In this document: positions 39,634 through 57,622 of the stretch, in pieces
Layout of the letters: each line of letters begins with the position of its first letter
Numbering within the stretch: position 1 is the first letter of the stretch
Assembly (NCBI RefSeq): GCF_009914755.1
Contig: NC_060943.1
Length of the DNA: 64,000 nt
Strand: one strand, 5' to 3'
From: the human T2T-CHM13v2.0 reference genome, Homo sapiens
Program-made: the position numbers and the translations under genes
Notes under the pieces: model-generated
What the model saw: only the letters and a program-made list of their open reading frames with translations
What the model was told of the DNA's origin: nothing
Database searches by the model: none

Positions 39634-40165
39634 TGGCGGAGTGTCACACAGGGAAGGGCTGAGTTGCCTGTAGGTATACAGTAGGTGTTCAGTAAGCCTT
39701 AGTTTTGGTTAATGGTGTTTCTACATTGGCTCAGCATGGGGTCTTGGAAAGAGTTTGGGGCTCCAGGAACCCATGCTGTGCAACCTTCAGTGAGTCTGGG
39801 GCCCTTTCTGAACCTTCATCTATAAAATATGTGTGTGTGTGTGGCTGGGAGTAGTGGCTCATGCCCATAATCCTAACATTTTGGGTGGCCGAGGTGGGCT
39901 AATCACTTGAGGCCAGGAGTTCGAGACCAGCCTGGCCAACATGGGGAAACCCCATCTCTACTAAAAATACAAAAATTAGCCAGGCGTGGTGGCGGGTGCC
40001 TGTAGTCCCAGCTACTCGGGAGGCTGAGGCAGGAGAATGACGGGAACCCGGGAGGCGGAGCTTGCAGTGAGCCGAGATCGTGCCTGCAGTCCAGCTGGGC
40101 GACAGAGCGAGACTCCGTCTCAAAAAAAAAAAAAAAAAAAAAGAAGGGAAGACATATAACCTTCA

Positions 40166-40351
<186 letters not shown>

Positions 40352-41849
40352 TCAAACTCCTGGCCTCAAGTGATCCTCCCACCTGACTCTTCAAAGTTCT
40401 GGAATTACAGGAGTGAGCCATTGTGCCTGGCCTCTACGCCCCTTTTAATCCTCCTGACAACCCTGTGATGTAGGGGCTATTATTTTCCCCAATTACAGAT
40501 GTGGAAACTGAGGAACAGAGAGGGGCAGTAAGTTGTCTGAGGTCACACAGCAAATAGGTGAGAGCTGGTTTTAGAACTCTCCTAGCTCTGAAGTTCCAAG
40601 TGGGTCCCCACAAGAGGCTTTGGCAATGCTTTATTCGGGCCCTTGGAGACCCTTGAGGGGCTGACTGTAGCTGACTTGGGTCTCTGGACTAGTGTTTTGG
40701 GTACAATTGCAGTGGAGGAGGTGAGATGTCATCTTCGGGGACCCTCTAAGACTTTGATATTGTTGGCCTTGTTTACTAAGCAAACTCTTAACCAACCTTC
40801 AAATCCCCAGCTACGATGCCCCCTCCTCCAGGCAGCCTTTCTTTTACCGCTAGAGTTTTCTCTATGCTCTTCACCCCTAGCCACAACCTGGGACTCCTGT
40901 CCCTGCCCAGCCCTGACTGGATAAGGCTGGGAAGGGGTGTTTATGTGTAGCTTTGCCCTTTTACCCTTTTAACCTTGGGGTGGGGCCCAGGCACAGCTGG
41001 GCGCAGGTTTTTTTTTTTATAGTAAGGAATGTGGGGGTGCAGCCACGACCAGCCCCGCCCACCCAGGTGACTTGAAGGTTTCCTACCCTGGTCCAGTCCC
41101 TCCTAGGTCTAACCTTAGGAATCCCGGAATCCCAGGCCCCTGAGCGGGAGGCTGGGCTGGGCTGGGTGAGAAGAAGGAAACGACCTTTACTCCCTCCCAG
41201 AGCCTGAAGAATTTCCTCCTGCCTTGCACTCTGCCCCTTTCTTTTCCTTCGTTCCTTCCTTCCTTCCCTTCTTTCCTTCCTTCCTTTTCTTTTTTTTTTT
41301 TTTTTTTTTTTGAGACAGGGTCTCACTCTACTCTGTCGCCCAGACTGGAGTGCAGTGGCGTGATATCAGCTCACCGCAACCTCCGCCTCCCGGGTTCAAC
41401 CGATTCTCCTTCCTCAGCCTCCCGAGTAGCTGAAGCATGCGCCACCACGCCCGGCTAATTTTTGTACTTTTAGTAGAGACAGACGTTTCACCATGTTGGT
41501 CAGGCTGGTCTCGAACTGCTGACCTCGTGATCCGCTCGCCTCGGCCTCCCAAAATTTGGGGATTACAGGCATGAGCCACCGCGCCCGGCCCTGCCCTGCC
41601 CCCTTTCTTTTCTGGATGCTGGGTGTGAAGACAGAGCCCGCAGGCCAAGACCGCAGGAAAAAGGCACGCAGCCGCTGTTGTATCTTCAGAGTCCACGCCT
41701 CTGGCCTCTGGGGCCTCCGGTTCCCCTCTGTGGAATGGGGCAAACCTTCCAGAGATAAGGTGACCCAGGGACCAGCGCTATGCTAAGGAGGTCTCTGGCC
41801 TTCGACAAGCTTCTAATCCAAGAGGCCTCCCAGATGCACCTCAAAATGT

Positions 41850-42520
41850 GCCCATTTCGCGGACGGAAACACCTTCCAAATAGTAGGCTCCGTTCCAAGC
41901 GCGGGGGTTATTCCTGCCGGGTCTTGCTGGCAGCCTTGTCGGGCCGGGCTCTGGCCGCGGCCGCCGGCCCCCTCTCGGCTGCGTGGATAACCCGGCCTGG
42001 AGTTTCCGCCTCAGGACCTGGCTCCTGTGATGGGAGGTGGGGAGAGAAACCTCCGCCGCGTCCAGGGGGCGTGTCTGGGCAGGGGCGGGGCTGACCCGAG
42101 ACCTGGAGGAGGAAGAGGGGCAGGTGCAGCCGGGAGCTGCGGAGCTGGAGGGAGGAGGACGAGAGCCCGGCCCTCAGCCCGCTGTGACTCTCCTCAGCCC
42201 CCTCCCCCAGCCCGGGGTGGGGGCCGATTGACTGTTTCCAGGACCCCCTCGGGTAGGGGGGCTGGAGAGCCCCCAGGTGGACCATGGCGGTGAGATTCCA
42301 GGCGAGTAACCCTCCAAGGGTGGCAGGGGGAGGGGCTCGGGCTGAGGTGGGGTGGGGGGAAAGCAGGGTTTGGGAGTCGGACCCAGGACCCCAGAACGCC
42401 TACCTACATAACAGGCAGGGAAACTGAGTCCCAGAGGGATGAAGTGGCTAGCTGGAGGTTGCACTTCGAGATGCGTCCGCGCGTCCGCGCCCCCCTCCCT
42501 GCCTCCAAAGACCATCTCTT
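41850..42520 (+). promoter_or_regulatory. TJP3: CpG-rich internal (alternative) promoter of TJP3
   Basis: Local CpG enrichment, GGGGCGGGGC at ~42082, CAGGTG at 42121 and ~42274, Kozak ATG at 42284. Confidence 0.7.
42284..42301 (+). CDS. TJP3: TJP3 alternative first exon, coding part (MAVRFQ), spliced through a GC donor to 48815 to give MAVRFQVAD-MEELT
   Basis: ACCATGG Kozak; CAG|GCGAGT donor; 18 nt + 9 nt (GTGGCTGAC) is in frame with ATG 48824; matches my recollection of an N-terminally extended ZO-3 isoform. Confidence 0.72.
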
Positions 42521-43908
42521 CTGGAGCCTCCTCTGCCCCAGGACCGGCCTCCTTTAATACCGCAGGGCTGGGTTCAAATCCCGAATTTTCTGTCCACTAT
42601 GCTGTGTGTAACGTGGGGCCAGTGAGTGAACCCTCTCCTTCCCTCATCCGAAAAATGGGTGATCGGCATTTTAAACAGAGAGAAAAATGTGTTTTAAGAG
42701 CTTGGCGCATCGTAGGTGGGCAGAAAAGATGTTCATCCCCCTTTGCTGGGGGCGTGCAGCCGGCTGAGCTTGGGCGCCCGCGGTGGCACGGTGGGCAGTG
42801 ACTTCATTTGGGGGCTGGGGTGGCTTTGGTGAACATTCACCTCCTACAAGGCTGCACGAGGGAGCACCAGCATTTATTGGGTGCCTACTGTGTACAAAGC
42901 TATTAACAGGCATTACCAGGCAGAGGCAGGGGTGGGGTGAGCAAGCCGGCTGGGGTGCGCCGTGGCGGGGGCGGGGCGGGGGGCGATCCTTGTCTCCGGA
43001 GGGATTTCACCCTCCAGGCATGGAGCCTGGGCTGGTTTCTTCAGACCCACCAGCCAGGGTAGACTGGGACTGCAGCGGTATGCGGCCAGACCCAGGCCAC
43101 TCCGCCCCAAGCTTCAGGACCCGGCACTTCTGGTTCCCGCTGACTTCTTCCTTGCCTCCAGGCACAGCTCTCAGAATCCCCTCCCCAATCGGTGTATTTG
43201 TTCGCTGAAACCGCCCTCTCTGCCATTGTTCCTGGAGATGGGGTGGCGGGGGGGGGGGGGGGGGCGGCACAGGGGACGGCGGCCCGGGAGCCCCGTACCC
43301 GGGGGCGGTGTGACTTGGTACCGGCCCCGTCCCCTCTGGGCGGGCCTCTTGTTCGGTGTTTGTGTCCAGCCCTGGGCGGGGGGCGGGGACAAAGACCCAA
43401 GCCCCACCCTCTCAGAGTTCACCTGGACAGGGGCAGGGCTGGGAACTCAGGACACACCTGTTGAGCACCTGGCCACAGTGTGTTTTACTCAACCATTCAC
43501 TCATTCCTCAAACTCTTCCCTAAGGGGGCCTGGTCCTATGGGGTCCCAGGGGCCCATCCCTGCCCATCGGGAGCGCTCAGACTGAGGGGGAAGGTGTAAG
43601 GTGGACAAATCCACTCTGACATCCCACACCCCAATCATCACATTTGGGCCAGAGGGAAGGATGTATGATATGCGTACGGAGGAAGAGCCTGGGGCTGTGA
43701 AGGATGAATAGGAGTTTGCCAGGGAGTCCAGTACCAGCACTCAAGGCCTGGAAAGGAGGCTGATGGCCAATCACCTGGGCCTTAAGTAGCCAGAGAGACA
43801 GACATGTCTCCTTTCACAGCCTAAGAGGAAAGACCAGAAACATACTAACCGATGGTTAAAGAGAATAAAGATGATTTTTAGATGCCTTGAATAAAAAATA
43901 ATAAAACA

Positions 43909-48762
<4,854 letters not shown>

Positions 48763-48823
48763 TCAGATGAACCTGTGTGGCCTCATGCCCATCTTCCCCG
48801 CTCCCCTCGACCAGGTGGCTGAC

Positions 48824-48871
48824 ATGGAGGAGCTGACCATCTGGGAACAGCACACGGCCACACTGTCCAAG
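48824..48871 (+). CDS. TJP3: TJP3 exon 2 coding part (MEELTIWEQHTATLSK); exon starts at 48815
   Basis: Acceptor CCAG|GTGGCTGAC-ATG; donor AAG|GTGAGG; ZO-family N-terminal IWEQHT motif. Confidence 0.97.
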
Positions 48872-48983
48872 GTGAGGCCTCCCTCTCCCTGTCTGGGTGC
48901 CAGAGAGTATGGCGGCTTAGGCCCAGCTCAATAGAGGGGAGACCCTTTACCCTGGGGGAAACAGCAGCTCTTCCTTCCCCTCA

Positions 48984-49560
<577 letters not shown>

Positions 49561-49679
49561 CTAAGGTACTTCCTGGTCCTTCACAGGAATTCTTGGGGTC
49601 ATAGTGGCCCCAGAGCCCTTTTGGAACATAAAGTCCTGGAAACCATCGAGTGTTTGAGGGTTTGATGCTTCTTGGAATT

Positions 49680-50096
49680 ATGTTGTTAAAATGGTTCTGG
49701 GCCCCAAGTGGCTGACAGGTGATATGGCTCAGCCCAGCCCAGAATTAGGGACCACCAGGTTCAGAGAGAAAGAGCTAGAAAGAAAATATGAAATACAGAC
49801 AGGAAGAGAGGGAAAGAAAAGCAGAAAGTGGGGATTTGTGGTGTGGGGAGCGAGGAGTGAGAAGATGCCAGGTGTAGCTGTAGCTTCAAGGCCGGGTGCA
49901 GTGGCTCACACCTGCAATCCCAGCACTTTGGGAGGCCGAGGTGGGCGGATTACCTGAGGTCAGGAGTTCAAAACCAGCCTGGCCAACATGGTGAAACCCC
50001 ATCTCTACTAAAAAATACAAAAATTAGACGGGTGTGGTGGCGGGCACCTGTAGTCCCAGCTACTAGGGAGGCTGAGGCAGAAGGATCGTTTGAAAC
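49680..50096 (+). repeat. Left arm of a local inverted duplication (210 bp unique + Alu 5' part), TJP3 intron 3
   Basis: Reverse complement of 51167-51586; also visible as near-identical peptides in ORFs 49691..49957(+) and 51024..51629(-). Confidence 0.95.
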
Positions 50097-50419
50097 GAGG
50101 AGGTGGAGGTTGCAGTGAGTTGAGATCATGCTACTGCAATCCAGCCTGGGCAACAGAGTGAGACTCTGTCTCAAAAAAAAAAAAAAAAAATGTAGCTTCC
50201 ACTCTATGATTATAGTAGGTTCTACAATTGGCTCCATTTTACAGGTGAGAAAACGGAGGCCCAGAAGGATAAATGTCTTTGTGAACCTAGGGACACCAAT
50301 GAATTAGAACCAGGCCTTGTAGATCTGGAGGTTCCAGGGGCACCCCCTCCCCAGGGAGGGCTTGTTACGAGGGTCTCCCCTGCAAAGCCTCCTCCGTAAG
50401 ACCCGCCCTCCTCTCTCAG

Positions 50420-50522
50420 GACAGGCGACCACATTGTCATGGTGAACGGGGTTTCCATGGAGAATGCCACCTCCGCGTTTGCCATTCAGATACTCAAGAC
50501 CTGCACCAAGATGGCCAACATC
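50420..50522 (+). CDS. TJP3: TJP3 exon 4, PDZ1 (TGDHIVMVNGVSMENATSAFAIQILKTCTKMANI)
   Basis: ctctcag|G acceptor, ATC|GTGAGT donor; 103 nt; phase continuous. Confidence 0.97.
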
Positions 50523-50746
50523 GTGAGTAGGCAGCCCCTGGCATGGCCAGCATCTCTGACCCCAGCCTGGGTCGTGCCGCTGTGGGGGTTGTAAGCTTCT
50601 GAGAGCAAGGAGTCATCTTCTCATCTTACAGTTTGGACATTGAGGCCCAGAGAGAGACTGGTGTCCCCCAGGGCCACCCGGGGGCTGAGCAGAGCCTCCC
50701 CCAGCCCTTGCCTGTAGCTGACCCTTCCTGTCCCCTCCTCTAACAG

Positions 50747-51098
50747 ACAGTGAAACGTCCCCGGAGGATCCACCTGCCCGCCACCAAAGCCAGCCCCTCC
50801 AGCCCAGGGCGCCAGGACTCGGATGAAGACGATGGGCCCCAGCGGGTGGAGGAGGTGGACCAGGGCCGGGGCTATGACGGCGACTCATCCAGTGGCTCCG
50901 GCCGCTCCTGGGACGAGCGCTCCCGCCGGCCGAGGCCTGGTCGCCGGGGCCGGGCCGGCAGCCATGGGCGTAGGAGCCCAGGTGGTGGCTCTGAGGCCAA
51001 CGGGCTGGCCCTGGTGTCCGGCTTTAAGCGGCTGCCACGGCAGGACGTGCAGATGAAGCCTGTGAAGTCAGTGCTGGTGAAGAGGAGAGACAGCGAAG
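50747..51098 (+). CDS. TJP3: TJP3 exon 5, PDZ1-PDZ2 linker with Arg/Ser-rich segment and start of PDZ2
   Basis: taacag|ACA acceptor, GAAG|GTCAGA donor; 352 nt; matches the first part of ORF 50750..51505. Confidence 0.96.
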
Positions 51099-51166
51099 GT
51101 CAGAAGAGGCGGGAGGTCGGACACGATCAGTACTGGACACAGGGCACCGTGGTCGGATGGGCGACG

Positions 51167-51586
51167 GTTTCAAGTGATTCTCCTGCCTCAGCCTCCCTGG
51201 TGGCTGGGACTCCAGGCGCCCGCCACCATGCCTGGCTAATTTTTGTACTTTTGGTAGAGATGGGGCTTCACCATGTTGGCAAGGATGGTTTCGAATTCTT
51301 GACCTCAGGTGATTCACCCACCTCGGCCTCCCATAGTGCTTGCTGGGATTGTGGGCGTGAGCCACCGCGCCCAGCCTGGAAGCTACAACTACACCTGGCA
51401 TCTTCTTGCTCCTCGCTCCCCGCACCACAAATCCCCACTTTCTGCTTTTCTGTCCCTTTCTGCCTGTCTGTATTTCATATATTCTCTCTAGCTCTTTCTC
51501 TCTGAACCTGGTGGTCCCTAATTCTGGGCTAGGTTGAGCCATATCACCTGTCAGCCACTTGGGGCCCAGAACCATTTTATCAACAT
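51167..51586 (-). repeat. Right arm of the local inverted duplication, TJP3 intron 5
   Basis: Manual alignment to the left arm: ~13 mismatches and no indels over the 210-bp unique part. Confidence 0.95.
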
Positions 51587-51594
51587 GTCCCCGC

Positions 51595-52071
<477 letters not shown>

Positions 52072-52326
52072 TTATGAGCAATAGAATGCCCTTAGCCTGT
52101 GCATGGCAACATCACGAGTGGCACGGTGACCTGGTGTCCCCGCCCCGTGGAGATGTCATTGACACAATCAGATCTCGGGTCCTACGGGCGACATCACTGT
52201 TCTCCTTATGATGCCATCAAGGTGTTAGGATGGGAGGGCCCGCACCTGGACTGCTTACAGCAGGAGAATGCTCCCAGGCACCCGTCTCCAGAGTCCTGCC
52301 TCAGTTTCCCTCCTCCCCCCTTACAG

Positions 52327-52430
52327 AGTTTGGCGTCAAGCTGGGCAGTCAGATCTTCATCAAGCACATTACAGATTCAGGCCTGGCTGCCCGGCACCGT
52401 GGGCTGCAGGAAGGAGATCTCATTCTACAG
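52327..52430 (+). CDS. TJP3: TJP3 exon 6, PDZ2 (FGVKLGSQIFIKHITDSGLAARHRGLQEGDLILQ)
   Basis: ttacag|AG acceptor, CAG|GTGAGG donor; 104 nt. Confidence 0.97.
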
Positions 52431-52872
52431 GTGAGGCCGGGCTTCTTGTCCTGAGAGCAGGGAGACAAGGCAGGGTTGGGGCGGGCAGTCCCACGGAGTC
52501 ATACAGCAAGGACAGCAGAACTGGGCCCCAAAGCATTTACCTTCAGTGTTGTTGCTTGTATCTCAAAGGTTGCAGATGGCCAGGCATAAAACCCCCTTTT
52601 TCCCCAGCTACTGCTAATCCACGGCCAAATGTCGGTTTCTAGTATCCCCATGGGGTTGTCTGTTTCTAATACCCTCTAGCTTTGATGTGCATCAGAGACT
52701 CATGTGGGCAGCTGACTCCTGGACCTACCCTAGGTGACTGGATGCTAATGACCCAGTCACCAGGTTTAGGGGAGCTGCCCTGCTCTAAAGGATGGTATCT
52801 TTCTGGATTCTTCCCCTGAAAGTCTGTTTCTAGTGACTCCTAGTGTTTGATTTCCAAATTGCTTTCAGCTGA

Positions 52873-53127
<255 letters not shown>

Positions 53128-53355
53128 TGACCTCAGGTGATCCCCCCACCTCGGCCTCCCAACGTGCTGGGATTACAGGCGTGCACCACCACACCTTGCT
53201 AATTTTTTGTATTTTTAGTAGAGACGGGGTTTCTCCATCTTGGTCAGGCTGGTCTCGAACTCCCGACCTCAGGTGATCCATCCGCCTCGGCCTCCCAAAG
53301 TGCTGGGATTACAGGCATGAGCCACCACACCCGGCCGACATTAAGTTCTTTCTAG

Positions 53356-53556
<201 letters not shown>

Positions 53557-54149
53557 TGAGTAGCTGGGACCACAGGCGCCCACCACCACGCCCTGCTAAT
53601 TTTTGTATTTTTAGTAGAGACAGGGTTTCACCATGTTGGCCAGGCTGGTCTTGAACTCCTGACCTCAACTGATCTGTCTGCCTCTGCCTCCCAAAGTGCT
53701 GGCATTACAGGCGTGAGCCACCACGCCCCACCCTAGATATCTGTTTCTAGTTATCTCCCAGAAGATTGTGTGTTTCTAGTATCTTTTAAGTATCTGATAC
53801 TACCTCTTCTCCAGTTAGAGTTGTTTATAATGTCACCCTCACATCTGTTCCTAGTATCCCCTGAGACATTTCCACTTTTGGTAAGAAAGGAGAGTCAACC
53901 TGTTTCTCATTTTCCCCAGTGTCTCCCACCCCTCTTAGAACATTTTCTGTTTCTAGAATTCGGTGCTCAGTTCTTGGTGTGGTCTCCACTCACAGCAGGA
54001 ATCCAATTCAACACTTTCCTTAGGGAGTGGCTGTTTTTAGCAACCTCTGAGGGAATTGTCTGTTTCAAGTTCCCCCACACCAGGCTGTTTCTACTGTCTC
54101 CCATCTCTCATTAACTCACTTCCGCTCTTTCATTCCTGGTCCCTTTCAG

Positions 54150-54309
54150 ATCAACGGGGTGTCTAGCCAGAACCTGTCACTGAACGACACCCGGCGACTG
54201 ATTGAGAAGTCAGAAGGGAAGCTAAGCCTGCTGGTGCTGAGAGATCGTGGGCAGTTCCTGGTGAACATTCCGCCTGCTGTCAGTGACAGCGACAGCTCGC
54301 CATTGGAGG
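54150..54309 (+). CDS. TJP3: TJP3 exon 7, PDZ2 C-terminal part (INGVSSQNLSLNDTRRLIEKSEGKLSLLVLRD...SPLE)
   Basis: tttcag|ATC acceptor, GAGG|GTGAGG donor; 160 nt. Confidence 0.97.
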
Positions 54310-54723
54310 GTGAGGACCTAGAGGTTAGGACCTGGGAGGGGGTTGAATGGATGGCAGGGAAGGTGGGAAGCCCCAGGCAGGGCCAAGGAATCAATGAGCC
54401 TGGTCCCTAGAGGCTCAGAGAGTGACAGGAACTTGCTGAAGGCCACACAGCAAGTCAAGAGTACAGGGGGGCGATCTCGGCTCACTGGGTTCAAGCGATT
54501 CTCTGCCTCCTGGGTTCGAGCGATTCTCGTGCCTTGGCCTCCTGAGTAGCTGGGATTATAGGCGTGAGCCACCCTGCCCAGCTCCAGAGCCGAATCTTCT
54601 AACTGAGCTTCTGACTTTGGTCTAGGGCCCTTTGTTTAGAGGGGTGTTGATATACCCCTCTGTAAAATGGGTCCAGTCCAGAAGGCGTGACCATGGCTGA
54701 TGAGATGTCCTCTCCCCCTGCAG

Positions 54724-54832
54724 ACATCTCGGACCTCGCCTCGGAGCTATCGCAGGCACCACCATCCCACATCCCACCACCACCCCGGCATGCTCAGCGG
54801 AGCCCCGAGGCCAGCCAGACCGACTCTCCCGT
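54724..54832 (+). CDS. TJP3: TJP3 exon 8, proline-rich linker (DISDLASELSQAPPSHIPPPPRHAQRSPEASQTDSP)
   Basis: ctgcag|AC acceptor, GT|GTAAGT donor; 109 nt. Confidence 0.95.
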
Positions 54833-55190
54833 GTAAGTATCACCCATCGGCCAGAATGGTGATAGGGAGGGAGAGGGAGGTGGGAGGGAGAGGGGAACGC
54901 GGGCGTAGCTTTCCAACTGGGGGTAACCTTGAGGACGCAGTCCTGTATTTCTAGCATGTGCCTCAAAATACCTCCAGCCTCTACCCATTACCCAGTTCCA
55001 AAGCCGTGTCCGCATTTGTAGGTGTTGGTTACAGCAGCACCCCACTTCTTAGTATCAAACTCTGCCTTAGGCCGGGTGCGGTGGCTCACGCCTGTAATCT
55101 CAGCACTTTGGGAGGCCGAGGAGGGTGGATCATCTGAGGTTAGGAGTTCGAGAACAGCCTGGCCAACGTGGTGAAACCCTGTCTCTACTA

Positions 55191-55349
<159 letters not shown>

Positions 55350-55410
55350 TTAAAAAAAAAAATTTCTTTTTCCTCTATTTATTTATTTGTTTTGAGACTG
55401 AGTCATGTGA

Positions 55411-55566
<156 letters not shown>

Positions 55567-55569
55567 TAA

Positions 55570-55920
<351 letters not shown>

Positions 55921-55962
55921 TGAAATCCATCCCTGCCTCACTCCCAATCTGTTCCCCACCAG

Positions 55963-56036
55963 GGAGAGTCCCCGGCTTCGGCGGGAAAGTTCAGTAGATT
56001 CCAGAACCATCTCGGAACCAGATGAGCAACGGTCAG
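55963..56036 (+). CDS. TJP3: TJP3 exon 9 (ESPRLRRESSVDSRTISEPDEQRS)
   Basis: caccag|G acceptor, CAG|GTGGGT donor; 74 nt; phase continuous. Confidence 0.93.
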
Positions 56037-56265
56037 GTGGGTGGTGACTCTGAGCACCCCTGTCCCTGACATTTCTGATCCCTGACAGCAAGGCTGTGCC
56101 AGGCAGAGCTGGGGGAGGTTGGCCTGAGCCTAAGTGGTGAGACATGGTTTCCTGAGAAGGACTCGAGGTGGGTGACAGTCCTTCCAGGATGAGGACATAA
56201 AGCAAAGGTTTGGAGGCTGGACTGAGCCAGTGTGCTTGGGAAAGAGACTGGCTTTTCCCTTTCAG

Positions 56266-56332
56266 AGTTGCCCAGGGAAAGCAGCTATGACATCTACAGA
56301 GTGCCCAGCAGTCAGAGCATGGAGGATCGTGG
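56266..56332 (+). CDS. TJP3: TJP3 exon 10 (LPRESSYDIYRVPSSQSMEDR)
   Basis: tttcag|AG acceptor, GG|GTATGT donor; 67 nt. Confidence 0.94.
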
Positions 56333-56561
56333 GTATGTACCCCAGAAGAAAGCAAACCCGCTCAAAACTCCTACATCCCAGGCTGCCTCCCTCATCAGCG
56401 CAATCCTGCCTGCTTGTATCCATTGTGTTGAGTGGGACCATTAAGTGGGGGTTTTGGGGAAACTGAGGCCTGGAGGGGGTGGGGGCTTTCCCAAGGACAA
56501 TGCTGAGCCCTCCCTTTGTCCGCCCACTCTGCTCTGACCCCATCTCTGCCTCCCCTTGCAG

Positions 56562-56718
56562 GTACAGCCCCGACACGCGTGTGGTCCGCTTCCTCAAGGG
56601 CAAGAGCATCGGGCTGCGGCTGGCAGGGGGCAATGACGTGGGCATCTTCGTGTCCGGGGTGCAGGCGGGCAGCCCGGCCGACGGGCAGGGCATCCAGGAG
56701 GGAGATCAGATTCTGCAG
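56562..56718 (+). CDS. TJP3: TJP3 exon 11, PDZ3 ([30 protein letters not shown]...EGDQILQ)
   Basis: ttgcag|G acceptor, CAG|GTGCTC donor; 157 nt; [19 protein letters not shown]3 signature. Confidence 0.97.
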
Positions 56719-56991
56719 GTGCTCCGGGGGCGGCTGGCCAGCCCCACTGATCATGGGCGTGCAGTGTGCTAGGTCCTGCCCTTGTCTGTTCCAGTCCTCC
56801 CCTTGGGTCCACCTGGGGACTGTCGAGACCCCAGATGGGTATTTGAACATTTCAGTGTCTCCTTGGCTGTGTCATGATTTTGCTGATGTCACGACCTTAT
56901 CTTCCAGGTCATGACCTCATCGTCCAGTTACAACCTCCTTTTCTGTGCCTTGACCTTATCTGGGTTCATTTTTTGTTGTTGTTGTTTTTGA

Positions 56992-57099
<108 letters not shown>

Positions 57100-57301
57100 T
57101 AGCTGGGATTACAGTTGTCCACCACCACGCCCGGCTAATTTTTATATTTTTAGTAGAGATGAGGGTTTCGCCACGTTGGCCAGGCTGGTCTCAAACTCCT
57201 GACCTCAGGTGATCCACCTGCCTCGGCTTCCCAAGTAGCTGAGATTACAGGCATGAGCCACTGCGCCTGGCTAACTTTTTTTTTTTTTTTTTTTGAGATA
57301 G

Positions 57302-57622
<321 letters not shown>

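Noticed and set aside
50747-50750. Tandem acceptor CAG-ACAG at exon 5
   Set aside because: The downstream AG shifts the frame by 4 nt; no supporting evidence
51099-51505. C-terminal extension of ORF 50750..51505
   Set aside because: Intronic read-through past the exon 5 donor into an antisense Alu
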